Source of the DNA: Rotaria sp.
Lineage: Eukaryota
Direction of reading: 5' to 3'
Length of the DNA: 24,919 bases
Assembly (NCBI GenBank): GCA_905250055.1
Contig: CAJNOF010000137.1
Location: 89,711-114,629 of the forward strand
Shown here: in pieces, positions 10,661 to 21,331 of the stretch
Layout of the letters: each line of letters begins with the position of its first letter
How positions within the stretch are numbered: the stretch's first letter is position 1
The notes under the pieces: generated by a model
What the model saw: the letters and a program-made list of their open reading frames with translations, nothing else
What the model was told of the DNA's origin: nothing
The model's database searches: none
Program-made: the position numbers and the translations under genes

Positions 10661-11149
10661 GAAACTTTCACGTGTTGATATGAAGTTCTCAATCAATTGC
10701 TTCTATGTTTTATACACATTTCCTCTTCCGAAAAGACGACCATCTATTTTTAGATGCACAAGCATACTTAGAGTTAACCAAAAGTTCTATCCTTGGTAAG
10801 AATTTGTCAAATGTTTTTGTAAATTCTTCTCCTGAAATATTTTTACCTATGTTGAAAACTATACCAATCAATGAGTTTTCATTTATCCAGTTGGCTAAAT
10901 TATGCTTGAGATAAATATATTGATATCTTATTATGTTAAATAATTAATAACATGTGTTTGAGTATGAAATCGAGCATTATCCTGAAGTAATATTCTATTT
11001 CTTGCACCTAATGACTTTCTTTGTTACCATATTTGATTAACAACATGCTTGAAGCAATTTTTAATCTAAACATATGTGTTCTATATTTTTGTTTTTGTCT
11101 ACATTATGTATACGAATAAGGCTATTTAATTTATAAAATATAGCAAGCA

Positions 11150-11490
11150 AAGATTTTTCTTCAAACATACTTCGGCGAACAATAGTAGTTGATTATTCAT
11201 CTTTACTAATCCACATTGGGTTATTTGACTTGCACTCAATCTGTCCATGAAAAATTCATGTCTCATTAACTATAATAACATGATATAAATCCTGTGATCA
11301 ATCACGAAAAGTCGTTCATGCAAATTCTTTGGACATCTTGTAACTATTCGATATGATAAGGCGTCAGATCTCAACGCTATTGTAAGTTCTTCGCGAAATG
11401 TTTTTGTATCAACTAACAAAAGTGTTCGAATTTTAATATAGTATCGATTAAATTCATTATGGATATTTACGCCGTATAATAAACGCAAAC
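11150..11490 (-). pseudogene. Possible mariner-like transposase relic
   Basis: Minus-strand fragments ...TFREELTIALRSDALSYRIVTRCPKNLHERLF... and NNPMWISKDE*STTIVRRSMFEEKSLLAIFYKL resemble the mariner RIVTGDE.../WisKDE...VRRS...AIFF region. They are interrupted by stops and frameshifts. Confidence 0.35.
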
Positions 11491-11730
11491 TCCAGTGAGC
11501 CTAACTCAATTTTCAAGCTAGAAAAAATACTGAATGAATTTTTCTAAGTAACTTTATTGTTTTTCATATTAGAATTCTGTCAGAATTGTATTCAAACCTT
11601 TTTAAATGATATTTTATTTTTTTAATGAATTCATCGAATCCAACAGATGATAGGCAGCAACAATTTTTCCGTTATAACACAATAAAAAAAATCCAAAAAT
11701 GTTTCTTATGATTCGATATACAGGGTGTCT

Positions 11731-11760
11731 CAAAAGTTCACTCGCGTAAAAGAACATTAA
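11731..11760 (+). repeat. Solo Tc/mariner-type terminus
   Basis: cagggtgtctcaaaagttcactcgcgtaaa preceded by gatata. It resembles the 3661 element terminus (tata|cagggtggtccaaaagtta). No inverted partner was found. Confidence 0.45.
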
Positions 11761-12919
11761 TCGTTCAAGTGATTCGAGTTTTGTTTATAGAATTTTATTT
11801 TCATTTTAATGAAAGTTTTACTGAGTATCATGTAATAGAGATGTCCCGAGTTCTCAGAACGGGTAAATTGATGACTCAAGACACCGATTTGAATACTTTT
11901 GCTCAAGTTGATCGGCTTTTGGCTTCATAGACCGTTCTTTTAAGAACTGGTAAGCAAACAACTATGGAATGCTATAACTTCGACGAAGCAAAAATGAAAA
12001 TCTTTTACGATTGGAATCACTCTTGCTCGAAACACTGGTGCGTTGTAGACATTGTTTCTAAACTGCTTTATTTGCTATTTCATAATAACGAAAGCTGTAC
12101 CATTCGAGACAAAACGTATTCAAAGTAAAATTTTCTTTGCAGAGTTATTGAGTTGATTTATACCACAAATAACTTTGATAAGGGATGTTTTATCATAATT
12201 GCATGCATCACTACTTCTACTATGATTCAATATATATTTTAGACCTTTCTGAGCATAACCAAATTTCTAAGCTGGCAGCCCTGCTTTAGTCATTTAGTGT
12301 AGTTTTATAGCACCTCCCTGATACTTTAGGATTCTGCAATTGCAGGAGACTTGAACTTAATCATCACTAGAATTACTGTGATTATGACGTTGATACTGAC
12401 AGACATTTTATTGGAAATAGACTATGAAATTTTGAAGAGTAGGATATGCAGCTATTCAAAGACAAATCATGTAAAGCTCGTGAGTTAATCAAGAGCCGTT
12501 TAATTTCTCAATTTAAACTTGAGCAAGATGCTGTAGTTCGTTCAAGAAAATATTTAAACTGATTTCAGTAGGTTTTTTTGCGAAACACAATCTAACAAAT
12601 GTTGAGATATGTAATGTAAAAGTTTCAACCCACTCCCCTCTCTATAGAGCGTGACTGACGTTGCTGATTTACGATCGAAAATCATATATCAGTAACGTTT
12701 TGTTAAAATATGTGTAAACTACTTCGTTATTGCATATATCGAGCATTAAGTAAAAAAAATATATGAAGAAATGTGTCTCTAAATAGATAGAATATAACCG
12801 TCTCGCAGTGATTAGCAGCAGCAACTACATCAGATTTCATATTTTAATCCCACAGTAGTTACTCTAACAACTTTTCTATTTAAATAAATTAAATTACTCG
12901 CCAAAAACAACTCAAAATA

Positions 12920-13990
12920 TTAACAATAAATCCAATCAAGATGATCGTTCGGTCTACATTTTATCGGACAAGGTATTTGAGTTTCACGAACAGGAACATT
13001 TGTTGCATTGTTACAACATGGTCTTATACATCCAAGATAACAACCATTCATTGGTCGTTGAGAAAGAAATGGTTGACCACCAAGTTTTTCACAATGATAA
13101 CTATCAAATATTAGAGAATTATTTCTAACACGGTCTCCAACATAATCGTTTAGAAATGTTTGATCACTTTTATTGTGATAATTCTGTACTATTGATGGTA
13201 TTAGCATCGGTTTAAAAATATCAATTAAAGTATCAGAAGCACGTATCAAAGCTGCACCCCAAAGTCCAGCTAATATAAACACTCCATGTTGAATATTATC
13301 ACGAGCAATATAGAAAAAATTGTTTTCTTGTTCTTGTGATAGCCACATATTGATTGTTTCTGTTTCACGTTGAGTTATTGGTGAATCAAGATCACGTGAC
13401 AATAAATAATCAACATATGGATCAAATATTGGTAAAAATCGCCACATTCTACCTGGTAAGAATTTACGTAAAGATGAACCAAACATAGGAATATTATTCA
13501 TGTCACAAATATCAACATTCGAAAATTTCCATAGAAGTTTTCGTTGAGATTTTTTACTACCAGTAAAATCGATATAAACACGAAGAATCCATTGTGGAAG
13601 TAATGTATTAATTTCATTAACAAGAGATTCCAAAAATGGTATAATATTTGTTTTCCACGAATACATTGGATTATCGATAAATTTCGATTCTTTTCCATAA
13701 ACTGAAATAGCAATTACTTTTTGATGTGGTCCATGACGATAGGATGCATGATTACACAAAGGTGAATTCCATTGAGAGAAATTTTCATAGATATTATTGA
13801 ATTCTTTTGCAATACGTTGTTGCTTTGTTTCTTTATACATAATATAAGGTTTTCTAAAATATTGTTTTGTTTGATGCATAATGAGAACTGAAGAAGGTAT
13901 AGAAACTATCAAGAATCCAATCATAAAAACCAATATGTGAAGGCAGCATGGGTTTACCATATATCGTCGATATTGATGATAACCAATCAT
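12920..13990 (-). CDS. 356-aa predicted type-II (signal-anchor) membrane protein, candidate glycosyltransferase-like family, paralogue 1
   Basis: Intact ORF MIGYHQYRRYMVNPCCLHILVFMIGFLIVSIPSSVLI... with an N-terminal hydrophobic anchor, a Cys-rich C-terminus and MWRFLPIFDPYVDYLLSRDLDSPITQRE...ARDNIQHGVFILAGLWGA. Strongly similar to 21332-22402. Confidence 0.82.
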   Translation of the reverse strand: MIGYHQYRRYMVNPCCLHILVFMIGFLIVSIPSSVLIMHQTKQYFRKPYIMYKETKQQRIAKEFNNIYENFSQWNSPLCNHASYRHGPHQKVIAISVYGKESKFIDNPMYSWKTNIIPFLESLVNEINTLLPQWILRVYIDFTGSKKSQRKLLWKFSNVDICDMNNIPMFGSSLRKFLPGRMWRFLPIFDPYVDYLLSRDLDSPITQRETETINMWLSQEQENNFFYIARDNIQHGVFILAGLWGAALIRASDTLIDIFKPMLIPSIVQNYHNKSDQTFLNDYVGDRVRNNSLIFDSYHCEKLGGQPFLSQRPMNGCYLGCIRPCCNNATNVPVRETQIPCPIKCRPNDHLDWIYC

Positions 13991-16091
13991 TTCTTTTTGG
14001 TATGCAATTATTTATTACTTTTGACAGTTGGTAATATACAAGAAACTAGTGGAGTATGACAAACATGTGTTATATGTTTCGTTTAGTAATTACATATTTA
14101 CGATGTACATTGAAAAATATTGAGATACAGACCTTGTATGGCAATACTATCTGATATTAATAAAAAAAGTAAGGATATGTATAAGTTCAATTGAAGGTAT
14201 TCTTTCTAATATATGAATCATAATAATTTATTCACTTTCTTATTGATTGTAGCTAATTATGTGAATTGAAGATATATACACGGCTCTCTTTCCATGAAAA
14301 AACTATTTGATTATCTGTGTATGTGTGACAGTTCTGTTTCAAAAAAAATGATACAGGGTATACTATTATTCATGGCTATTTATAGATATCTATAATTACT
14401 AACTTCTAATCTTTTCAATTTACTAAAAATACTATCGAAAAAATGAAGTAGATATCTTCTATATGATATCATAGAAATAGTTTTCTGACTAGTTCATTTG
14501 AATATTTTCGAAGGTTTATTGAATAATTCTTTTTGTAACTGAAGTTATATAGTCAAAAGTAAGAGATGCCTTCATGCCTGAATATCTATGTTGTTCAACA
14601 TGTATGCATAAACCTCATTACTTTTATTCATTGAATGATGTTAGACGAATTGCTAACAATTATTCGCTTCAGATACCATGTCCAATAACATATTAACTAC
14701 ATAATTGCATATACATGCTCTTATAGATGCAATGTGATTAACTAGTATGAAAACTATTATTAATTTTTCAGTGACATATCTATCTCGTTATCAATCTTTG
14801 TATTAGTTCATTGTATTCAAAACGTTTTTTCCTAATTTGTTTTCCAGTTGGTCTATCGTATATGGTTGTATATTATTTCTATGAAAAGACAAGAGCAAAT
14901 GTGTAGTCGTTATGACAATCGATGTATCCGACAGAAAAAAAAAGTAAAACAATATATGTATATACGAAGAAGTAGAAAAATTAATAAAGTAAAATATTTA
15001 TTTAACTTTTGTCATTGATGCTGAAAATATTTCAATCACGCAGATTTGAAGAAAGTTGGAGTTTCACGATGAACTCCATTATAGCCTTGACACAATATCA
15101 TTTAACATTCATTTGTCATAAATTTTCTTTTTCGCACGTATGTTCAGAGATGTTTAACAAACGTACGAGAATTGAGTTGTGTATCATGGGTATTTTACTC
15201 ATGTTTACAAAGATTATTATGCTAATGATTATTTTAGTCTTCATTTTAATGAACACTGTTCATTTCGAACCGAAAGTTTAGTGGAATTTTTTTTCTGACA
15301 ATACATTAATTGTTGAAATTATTAATTATTTTCACATTTCTTCGCTACGAAATAATCATCAGAAAATAAACCTGCGGACAGTAAATTGTGAATACAGTTT
15401 TTACAATTTATACTCAAATGTTTGTAATACAATAGCTACTAGAAAGTCTCTCTAACAAAGTTACAGATATATATCAGTGAATGTCTATTTCTAGATCGTA
15501 TTCTTATAGCCTAGGGAAAAAATATAAGAAGTAAAACAATTCTTTATATTCGTCTCGAAACATGTCCACTAGAAAATTGAAAGGATCAAAACCTATCCTA
15601 TAACAGTATCTGAATCGATATCATCTAGAAGTTTAGAGTTATTTTGAGGTTTGTAGCAGATTGTAGAGAAGTATGATGGATTGTAAAATCATTTCATATT
15701 TTTGGAATCTATAATAAATATGAACCAAGAGATTGATAACATATTGATTTTGACATCAATTGTGGAAAAATACACAATGAGTGGTAATTTCTGTTAGAAA
15801 AAATGAACTGAACATTTTTTTAAAAGTCAACCCGAATGTAATTATGGAGTGAATTCAGTTGAATCTCAGAAATCTATTTTAGTATACAGAAATATGAAAT
15901 GATATGTCTTCCATGGATGTCAATTTTGTCATCATTTATTCGGCTTTCAATAATTTCATGTTTATCTATTTTATATTTATCTTTCTTTTCGGTATTTGAG
16001 CTTGCATTTCTCTTGGATAATCCAGAATCACTGTATTAAAGGGTGATCTTTCCTGTGTCTAATCAGATAATGTCTGAACAACTGTGTTTTG

Positions 16092-17390
16092 CACTTGTTT
16101 CGATGATGAACCCATTCTATCTCTCCGCATACGGTGTTATTAATGTATCTTTACAAGAAAGAGAGTGAATTTATTTTTCTTTTCTGTAGTTTCTAACTGA
16201 CATACAAATGCTGCTCTTCTAATTATAGACCAAATAAATTGCTTCAAGTCAAAGGTTTCATCTTTTTGTCTCTTTCGTTCTCGTTTTCATTTCATTCTAT
16301 CTAAATTGAAGACAGAAAACTGATCGAGCTATTTTGCATATGTAATTCAACGTCAGTTTCATATACTCGATTAATCCAATTCAAACATTACTGAAAATTA
16401 TCATGACTACTCTTCGAATCTTTCCACTAATTGGTTTACTTATCGTTATAGTTACTGTTTTATCATCAATTATTGGTTTTTAACTGATTTAAATACCTAC
16501 GTAGTTAATGATTTAAAAAAAATTAATGTGCTATTCCAAAATAGGGGGCGACTAGAAGCTGTTAGTATGTATTACTTTCTTCAAATTGAATTGTCATTAC
16601 TGTATTACTTTATACATATATCAATGCCAAATATGCTACAGGATTTACTCTCATGGCTATTGCACAATTGTTAAGTTTTTTTGCTACTATACTTGTTGCT
16701 CATGGAATGGTAAATGCAAACAATTAGATGAAAAGCAAATGTTTTTGATTTTATCCGTTTCTCTTTTTTTTATTCTAGGGACATTCATTCACTGTAATTA
16801 CTTAAATGAATTACCAAAGAAAAAGGATTTAAACTGAATGCATTTTATTTGTAAATGCATAAACTTGAAATAATGATAGCTTATAATAAAATCCTATGTC
16901 TTTTTTTCTTAATTATTATATTTAATTCAGCTGCAATACATTTTCTTTTTTTTAAAATTGTATATGTGTTTGTGTATTGTTCTATTATTTAAAACAGAAA
17001 ACTGTAAAAAATATTGTCCGTAATGTTTTATTTCGAATAAAATGAATTTTATACGAGAAGAAAAGAAACTGATATTGATAAGAAAGAAAAGAAAAAAGAT
17101 TGACGTAATAAAATAAATAAAATGATGATAAGCCTGCTTTGAATAGTTTGAATTATCTATTTGCTCAACTTAATGCATTTTTCTTTCACGAAAAATGAAT
17201 GCTTCTTTTGAGAAATGAGCTCAGCATGCACTGTAATTGTGGAGCGATGGCTGCTATTGTTCATTAGATAGAATGTCTTTCCTTTTAATGGCTAATTGGA
17301 AAATCTAATCATGTATTAGTATCTTCTAGAAAAAAAACTATTTGAGTACAATGAGAAAAGAATTTAGAAAAGCATGTGACAAAATTTTGC
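16092..17390 (+). repeat. Copy 2 of the duplicated claudin-like segment
   Basis: See copy 1 (9099-10660). Confidence 0.8.
16403..16825 (+). pseudogene. Decayed paralogue of the claudin/PMP22-like gene at 9425
   Basis: ATGACTACTCTTCGAATCTTTCCACTAATTGG matches exon 1 but hits an early TAA (MTTLRIFPLIGLLIVIVTVLSSIIGF*). Exon 2 and most of exon 3 are lost or unrecognisable. The last part, ccaaatatgctacaggatttactctcatggctattgcaca...ggacattcattcactgtaattacttaaatgaa, is retained. Confidence 0.85.
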
Positions 17391-17948
17391 TGCTCAGATA
17401 TAAAATTTTTCATCAATGCATTTTTTAAGGAAGTTTATCATGTTTCATATTAAAATTCTGTACAAATTGAACACAAATCGTTGTAAATGAGCCTTACTTA
17501 TTCGCAATCTTGAAATTCTGTGGGTACACGCTTTCCTAGAAGTTTGGCCGTTTGCTGAACATAAAAACAATGAATTTTTAGAGTACTCCTATTAGAGCTG
17601 TCAGCAGACCTTGTGCGGTAACACTAAACATTATCGCTATGATTACGACATCAGAAGGAAAAGGAAAAACGAACTTCCAAATCTTCTAAAAAGAAAGTGA
17701 AATGTGACACAGCATATGAAATCATGATGCAATGACTCACTTTTTATCATGCTTTCGTTTTCTTGTGACGCTATATATAATCACAAATAGAAAAGAGGAG
17801 TGAAGCATTGAAGTGAAACGAAAAGGAGAAAGCCAACTTGAATAAAAACAACATTCGACAAAAAAACATAGAAATATCACGAAAGAAAAGTCAATGATGT
17901 GATACAAACGCAAGCCATTTTTTTTATTGACAAAACACGACGCATGCT

Positions 17949-20330
17949 ATGGATAATAACGAACAGTCGACAACAACAATAACTGCTACCGCTGACGCTG
18001 CTACTGGTACGGCATCTGAATATACGAGCATAATGTTACGACGGCCTCCCTATAGTCGTATGGTTCAACACTTCCTATTGGTGTGGCTAGATACCAATAT
18101 TGATAATATGAATAAGGACGATTGTACAGATAACATCAGCAAATTAAAAGAAGTGGTGTACACGATACATCGATTCACTGATGTGAATGAATGTATCGAT
18201 TTCATAACCGACATTCAAGAAGAGGAAGTATTTATGATCTTTTCTGGTTACTTGGGACAAACAATAGCTTGTATTGTCCATGACATTCCGCAAATCAGTA
18301 ATATTTATGTTTGGAATGAGGACTATACTGAGTACGAATCTTGGATCCAACAATTTCCAAAAATCAACGGTATATTTACACATATTGCCTTAATGTACAG
18401 AGCAATTCAACAAGCTGCATACAAATGTAACCAAAACTTGATACCAATCAGTTTTATCTATACTAGTAGTGAAATCAACAAGCGAAAGCTCGATCAACTA
18501 GACTCGTCGTTTATGTATACTCAAATAATGAAAGAAATTTTTTTAACCATTGATTTCAAACAAAACCATATTGATGAATTTATAAATTATTTTCGTCAGT
18601 TATTTGTCAACAATCCCAGAGAACTGCAAAGTATCGATAGAATTGAACGGGAATACCACGAACATGTCCCAATATGGTGGTATACATACAGTTGTTTTCT
18701 TTATCCAATTTTCAACCGATCATTAAAGATAATGGACGTCGACCTCATCATTAAGATGGGATTTTTCATCCGAGATCTTCACAACAACATCGCTGAGCTT
18801 CATGCTCAACAGTTTGCTGAACATGCGCCAATGAGTTCATTTACTGTTTATCGTGGTCAAGGTTTGTCACAGATACAGTTTGATCAAATGATCAAAATCA
18901 ATGGTGGACTACTGTCATTTAATAATCCCTTGTCAACAAGTCTTGATCGAGAAATATCTCTTTCCTTTGCACAAAGTAATCAAATTGGTTCTGATCTTAT
19001 AGGTGTTCTCTTTAAAATAAATGTCAATCCATCAGTATCGAGTACTCCTTTCGCAAACATTCGTGACATCAGTTACTTCGAAGGCGAAGAAGAAATTCTC
19101 TTCTCCATGCATTCGGTTTTTCGAATTGAAACAATGAAACAAATCAATGAGAATAATCGTCTTTGGCAAATCGATTTAACGTTGACAAGTGACAACGATC
19201 CAGAACTCCATGAACTTACTGAAAGTATACGCAAAGATACTTGCTCTGATGCAGAAGGATGGGACCGTTTAGGCGTATTGCTGATTAAGCTTGGGCAGTT
19301 CAACAATGCTCAAGAGGTATATGACACGTTGTTAAATCAAACAACGACTTATCAAGAGAAAGCAGTCATTTATCATAGGCTCGGAGTGATAAAGAATAAT
19401 CAGGGTGAATATACAGATGCCATGGCTTATTATCAACGTTCGATTGAAATCAATAAAGACGTTCTTTCACCAATGGATGCCAACTTGGCTCGTTCCTACA
19501 GCAATATGGGTTTGGTGTATGATAATATCGGTGACTATTCGAATGCACTTTCATATCATCAAAAAGCACTGGAAATCGAACAGAAAACTCTTCCATTAGC
19601 ACATCCAAGTTTGGCTACTTCTTACAATAACATTGGTTTACTGTATGGCAACATGGGTAACTTTGCGAATGCACTTTTATCTCACCAAAAAGCATTGGAT
19701 ATTCGTCATAAAATTCTTCCTTCATATCATCCTGATTTGGCTACTTCCTACAACAGCATTGGTTTGGTGTATAATAGCATAGGTGACTATTCGAAAGCAC
19801 TATTTTATCATCAAAAAGCAACAGATATTTGTCAAAGAACTCTTCCTTCAAATCATCCTGATTTGGCTACTTCTTATAACAACATCGGTTCGGTGCATGA
19901 CAGCATGGGTGACTACTCGAATGCACTTTTATATCATCAAAAAGCGTTGGATCTTTGCCAAAAAACTCTTCCTTCAAATCATCCTGATTTGGCTACTTCT
20001 TACAATAACATCGGTTCGGTGTATAATAGCATGGGTGACTATTCGAATGCACTTTCGTCTTACCAAAAAGCATTGGATATGTGCCAAAAAACTCTTCCTT
20101 CAAATCATCCGAGTTTGGCTACTTCTTACAACAACATTGGTTCCGTGTATGACAGCATGGGTGACTATTCGAAAGCACTTTCATATCATCAAAAAGCATT
20201 GGCTATTCGCCGAGAAATTCTTCCTTCAAATCATCCTGATTTGGCTGCTTCTTATAAACACATTGAAATAGTGTCTTCTAAGAGTGAAGAACACGTGAAA
20301 GCTGTTTCATATCGTGAACAAATTCTTTAA
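17949..20330 (+). CDS. NAD(+):arginine ADP-ribosyltransferase domain fused to kinesin-light-chain-type TPR repeats (793 aa)
   Basis: Intact ORF. ART R-S-ExE-like motifs: FTVYRGQGL, LSTSLDREISLSFA, ISYFEGEEEILF. The C-terminal half has repeated 42-aa TPRs such as HPDLATSYNNIGSVYDSMGDYSNALLYHQKALDLCQKTLPSN. Confidence 0.93.
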   Translation: MDNNEQSTTTITATADAATGTASEYTSIMLRRPPYSRMVQHFLLVWLDTNIDNMNKDDCTDNISKLKEVVYTIHRFTDVNECIDFITDIQEEEVFMIFSGYLGQTIACIVHDIPQISNIYVWNEDYTEYESWIQQFPKINGIFTHIALMYRAIQQAAYKCNQNLIPISFIYTSSEINKRKLDQLDSSFMYTQIMKEIFLTIDFKQNHIDEFINYFRQLFVNNPRELQSIDRIEREYHEHVPIWWYTYSCFLYPIFNRSLKIMDVDLIIKMGFFIRDLHNNIAELHAQQFAEHAPMSSFTVYRGQGLSQIQFDQMIKINGGLLSFNNPLSTSLDREISLSFAQSNQIGSDLIGVLFKINVNPSVSSTPFANIRDISYFEGEEEILFSMHSVFRIETMKQINENNRLWQIDLTLTSDNDPELHELTESIRKDTCSDAEGWDRLGVLLIKLGQFNNAQEVYDTLLNQTTTYQEKAVIYHRLGVIKNNQGEYTDAMAYYQRSIEINKDVLSPMDANLARSYSNMGLVYDNIGDYSNALSYHQKALEIEQKTLPLAHPSLATSYNNIGLLYGNMGNFANALLSHQKALDIRHKILPSYHPDLATSYNSIGLVYNSIGDYSKALFYHQKATDICQRTLPSNHPDLATSYNNIGSVHDSMGDYSNALLYHQKALDLCQKTLPSNHPDLATSYNNIGSVYNSMGDYSNALSSYQKALDMCQKTLPSNHPSLATSYNNIGSVYDSMGDYSKALSYHQKALAIRREILPSNHPDLAASYKHIEIVSSKSEEHVKAVSYREQIL
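19485..20240 (+). repeat. Six in-frame 126-bp tandem repeat units encoding 42-aa TPRs
   Basis: TTGGCT(R/T/A)C anchors recur exactly every 126 bp at 19485, 19611, 19737, 19863, 19989, 20115 and 20241 (the last opens a truncated unit). Confidence 0.93.
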
Positions 20331-21087
20331 ATAATAGAAGATTTCCTAATTGCAAATTATCTGGATTTTCAATTATATAGCAATATTCTCGAATATGTAA
20401 AAAAAAAAGAATATCTAATTTTCTTTTCATTTGGCCAAACAAAGAAATGCCATAATAAGAAAAGAGTATCTCCTTTTTGTTTCCATTCGAAGAGATACGA
20501 GCACAGGCATACAGAGAAACTATTCAGACGTATTAGTGGCAAAGCCATGAGACTTGTGTAGGCTAAAGCCTATCCTAGATTCAGGTATTGTCGGTTGGGA
20601 TAGGCTCAAACATTTGTTTTTCATTTCCTCGAATAGATAAATTTCGATGGAAATTGAAATTTTTGTACAAAGGCGAACATTTTTCGGTGAGAAGTAGTTA
20701 TCTCTTTTTAATACTCTAGGTATTATTAATTTATTATAGGTGTGAAAAAACTATACGAAAAATTCAAGCTAGATAGACTAAAAGCCATGTAAAGATTTCC
20801 TCGTCTTTGATGACGTAGCTTACATACCTAAAGTACATTTTCAACAAAATTAGTGAGCCTATATGACAATTCCATGTTTTTTGTTAGCACTGCTGTTTCA
20901 TTATTTTCTTATATGTCACTAAAATAAATCGAAAACTTTTGCTTTCGAGAGTCGGAATCATGCAAAAACAAGTAATGGCGTGTTTTAATTAAATGTACAT
21001 CTTCTGACAAAAGCTGCTATTTTTTTGTTGAATCGTACTAGCTTCATACTGCACAAAAATGTGAGCCAAATATAATAAACGCTTATT

Positions 21088-21222
21088 AGGGTGTGGGGGA
21101 GTGTGGGTATGCGATGTGGGTGTGTGGGTGCGGGTGCGGGTGCGGGTGCGGGTGCGGGTGCGGTTGGGTGTAGCTGAAGATAAGACTCACACTTGACACT
21201 CCATACCCACACCCACACCCTT
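21088..21222. repeat. GT/GC-rich then AC-rich inverted module with (GGGTGC)6
   Basis: agggtgtgggggagtgtgggtatg...(gggtgc)x6 at 21126-21161...spacer...ccatacccacacccacaccctt. Confidence 0.85.
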
Positions 21223-21331
21223 CCTTCCCTAGCGGCGTCTCTGATTTTCTTCAAAGAAAGAATCTAAATAATTGGATTATTTTTATTTTGTATTCAAATA
21301 AATGAAAATGACTTGTTAAACAATATAAATA

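Noticed and set aside
13498-13713. 71-aa ORF conserved in both 356-aa paralogues (also 21910-22125)
   Set aside because: An out-of-phase ORF on the same strand. Its conservation follows from the conserved main frame.
16586-16837. 83-aa ORF in the second claudin-like copy
   Set aside because: Chance ORF spanning decayed exon, intron and downstream sequence in a frame different from the ancestral protein.
18144-19306. Minus-strand ORFs at 18144-18383 and 19073-19306
   Set aside because: Antisense to the intact ART-TPR CDS with no family signature.
19783-20271. 162-aa plus-strand ORF with internal repeats (also 19405-19599)
   Set aside because: Alternate-frame shadow of the 126-bp TPR repeat. 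Since 126 is divisible by 3, open frames persist in other phases.
20985-21254. Minus-strand ORF with APAPAPAPAP repeat
   Set aside because: Direct by-product of the (GGGTGC)n array.
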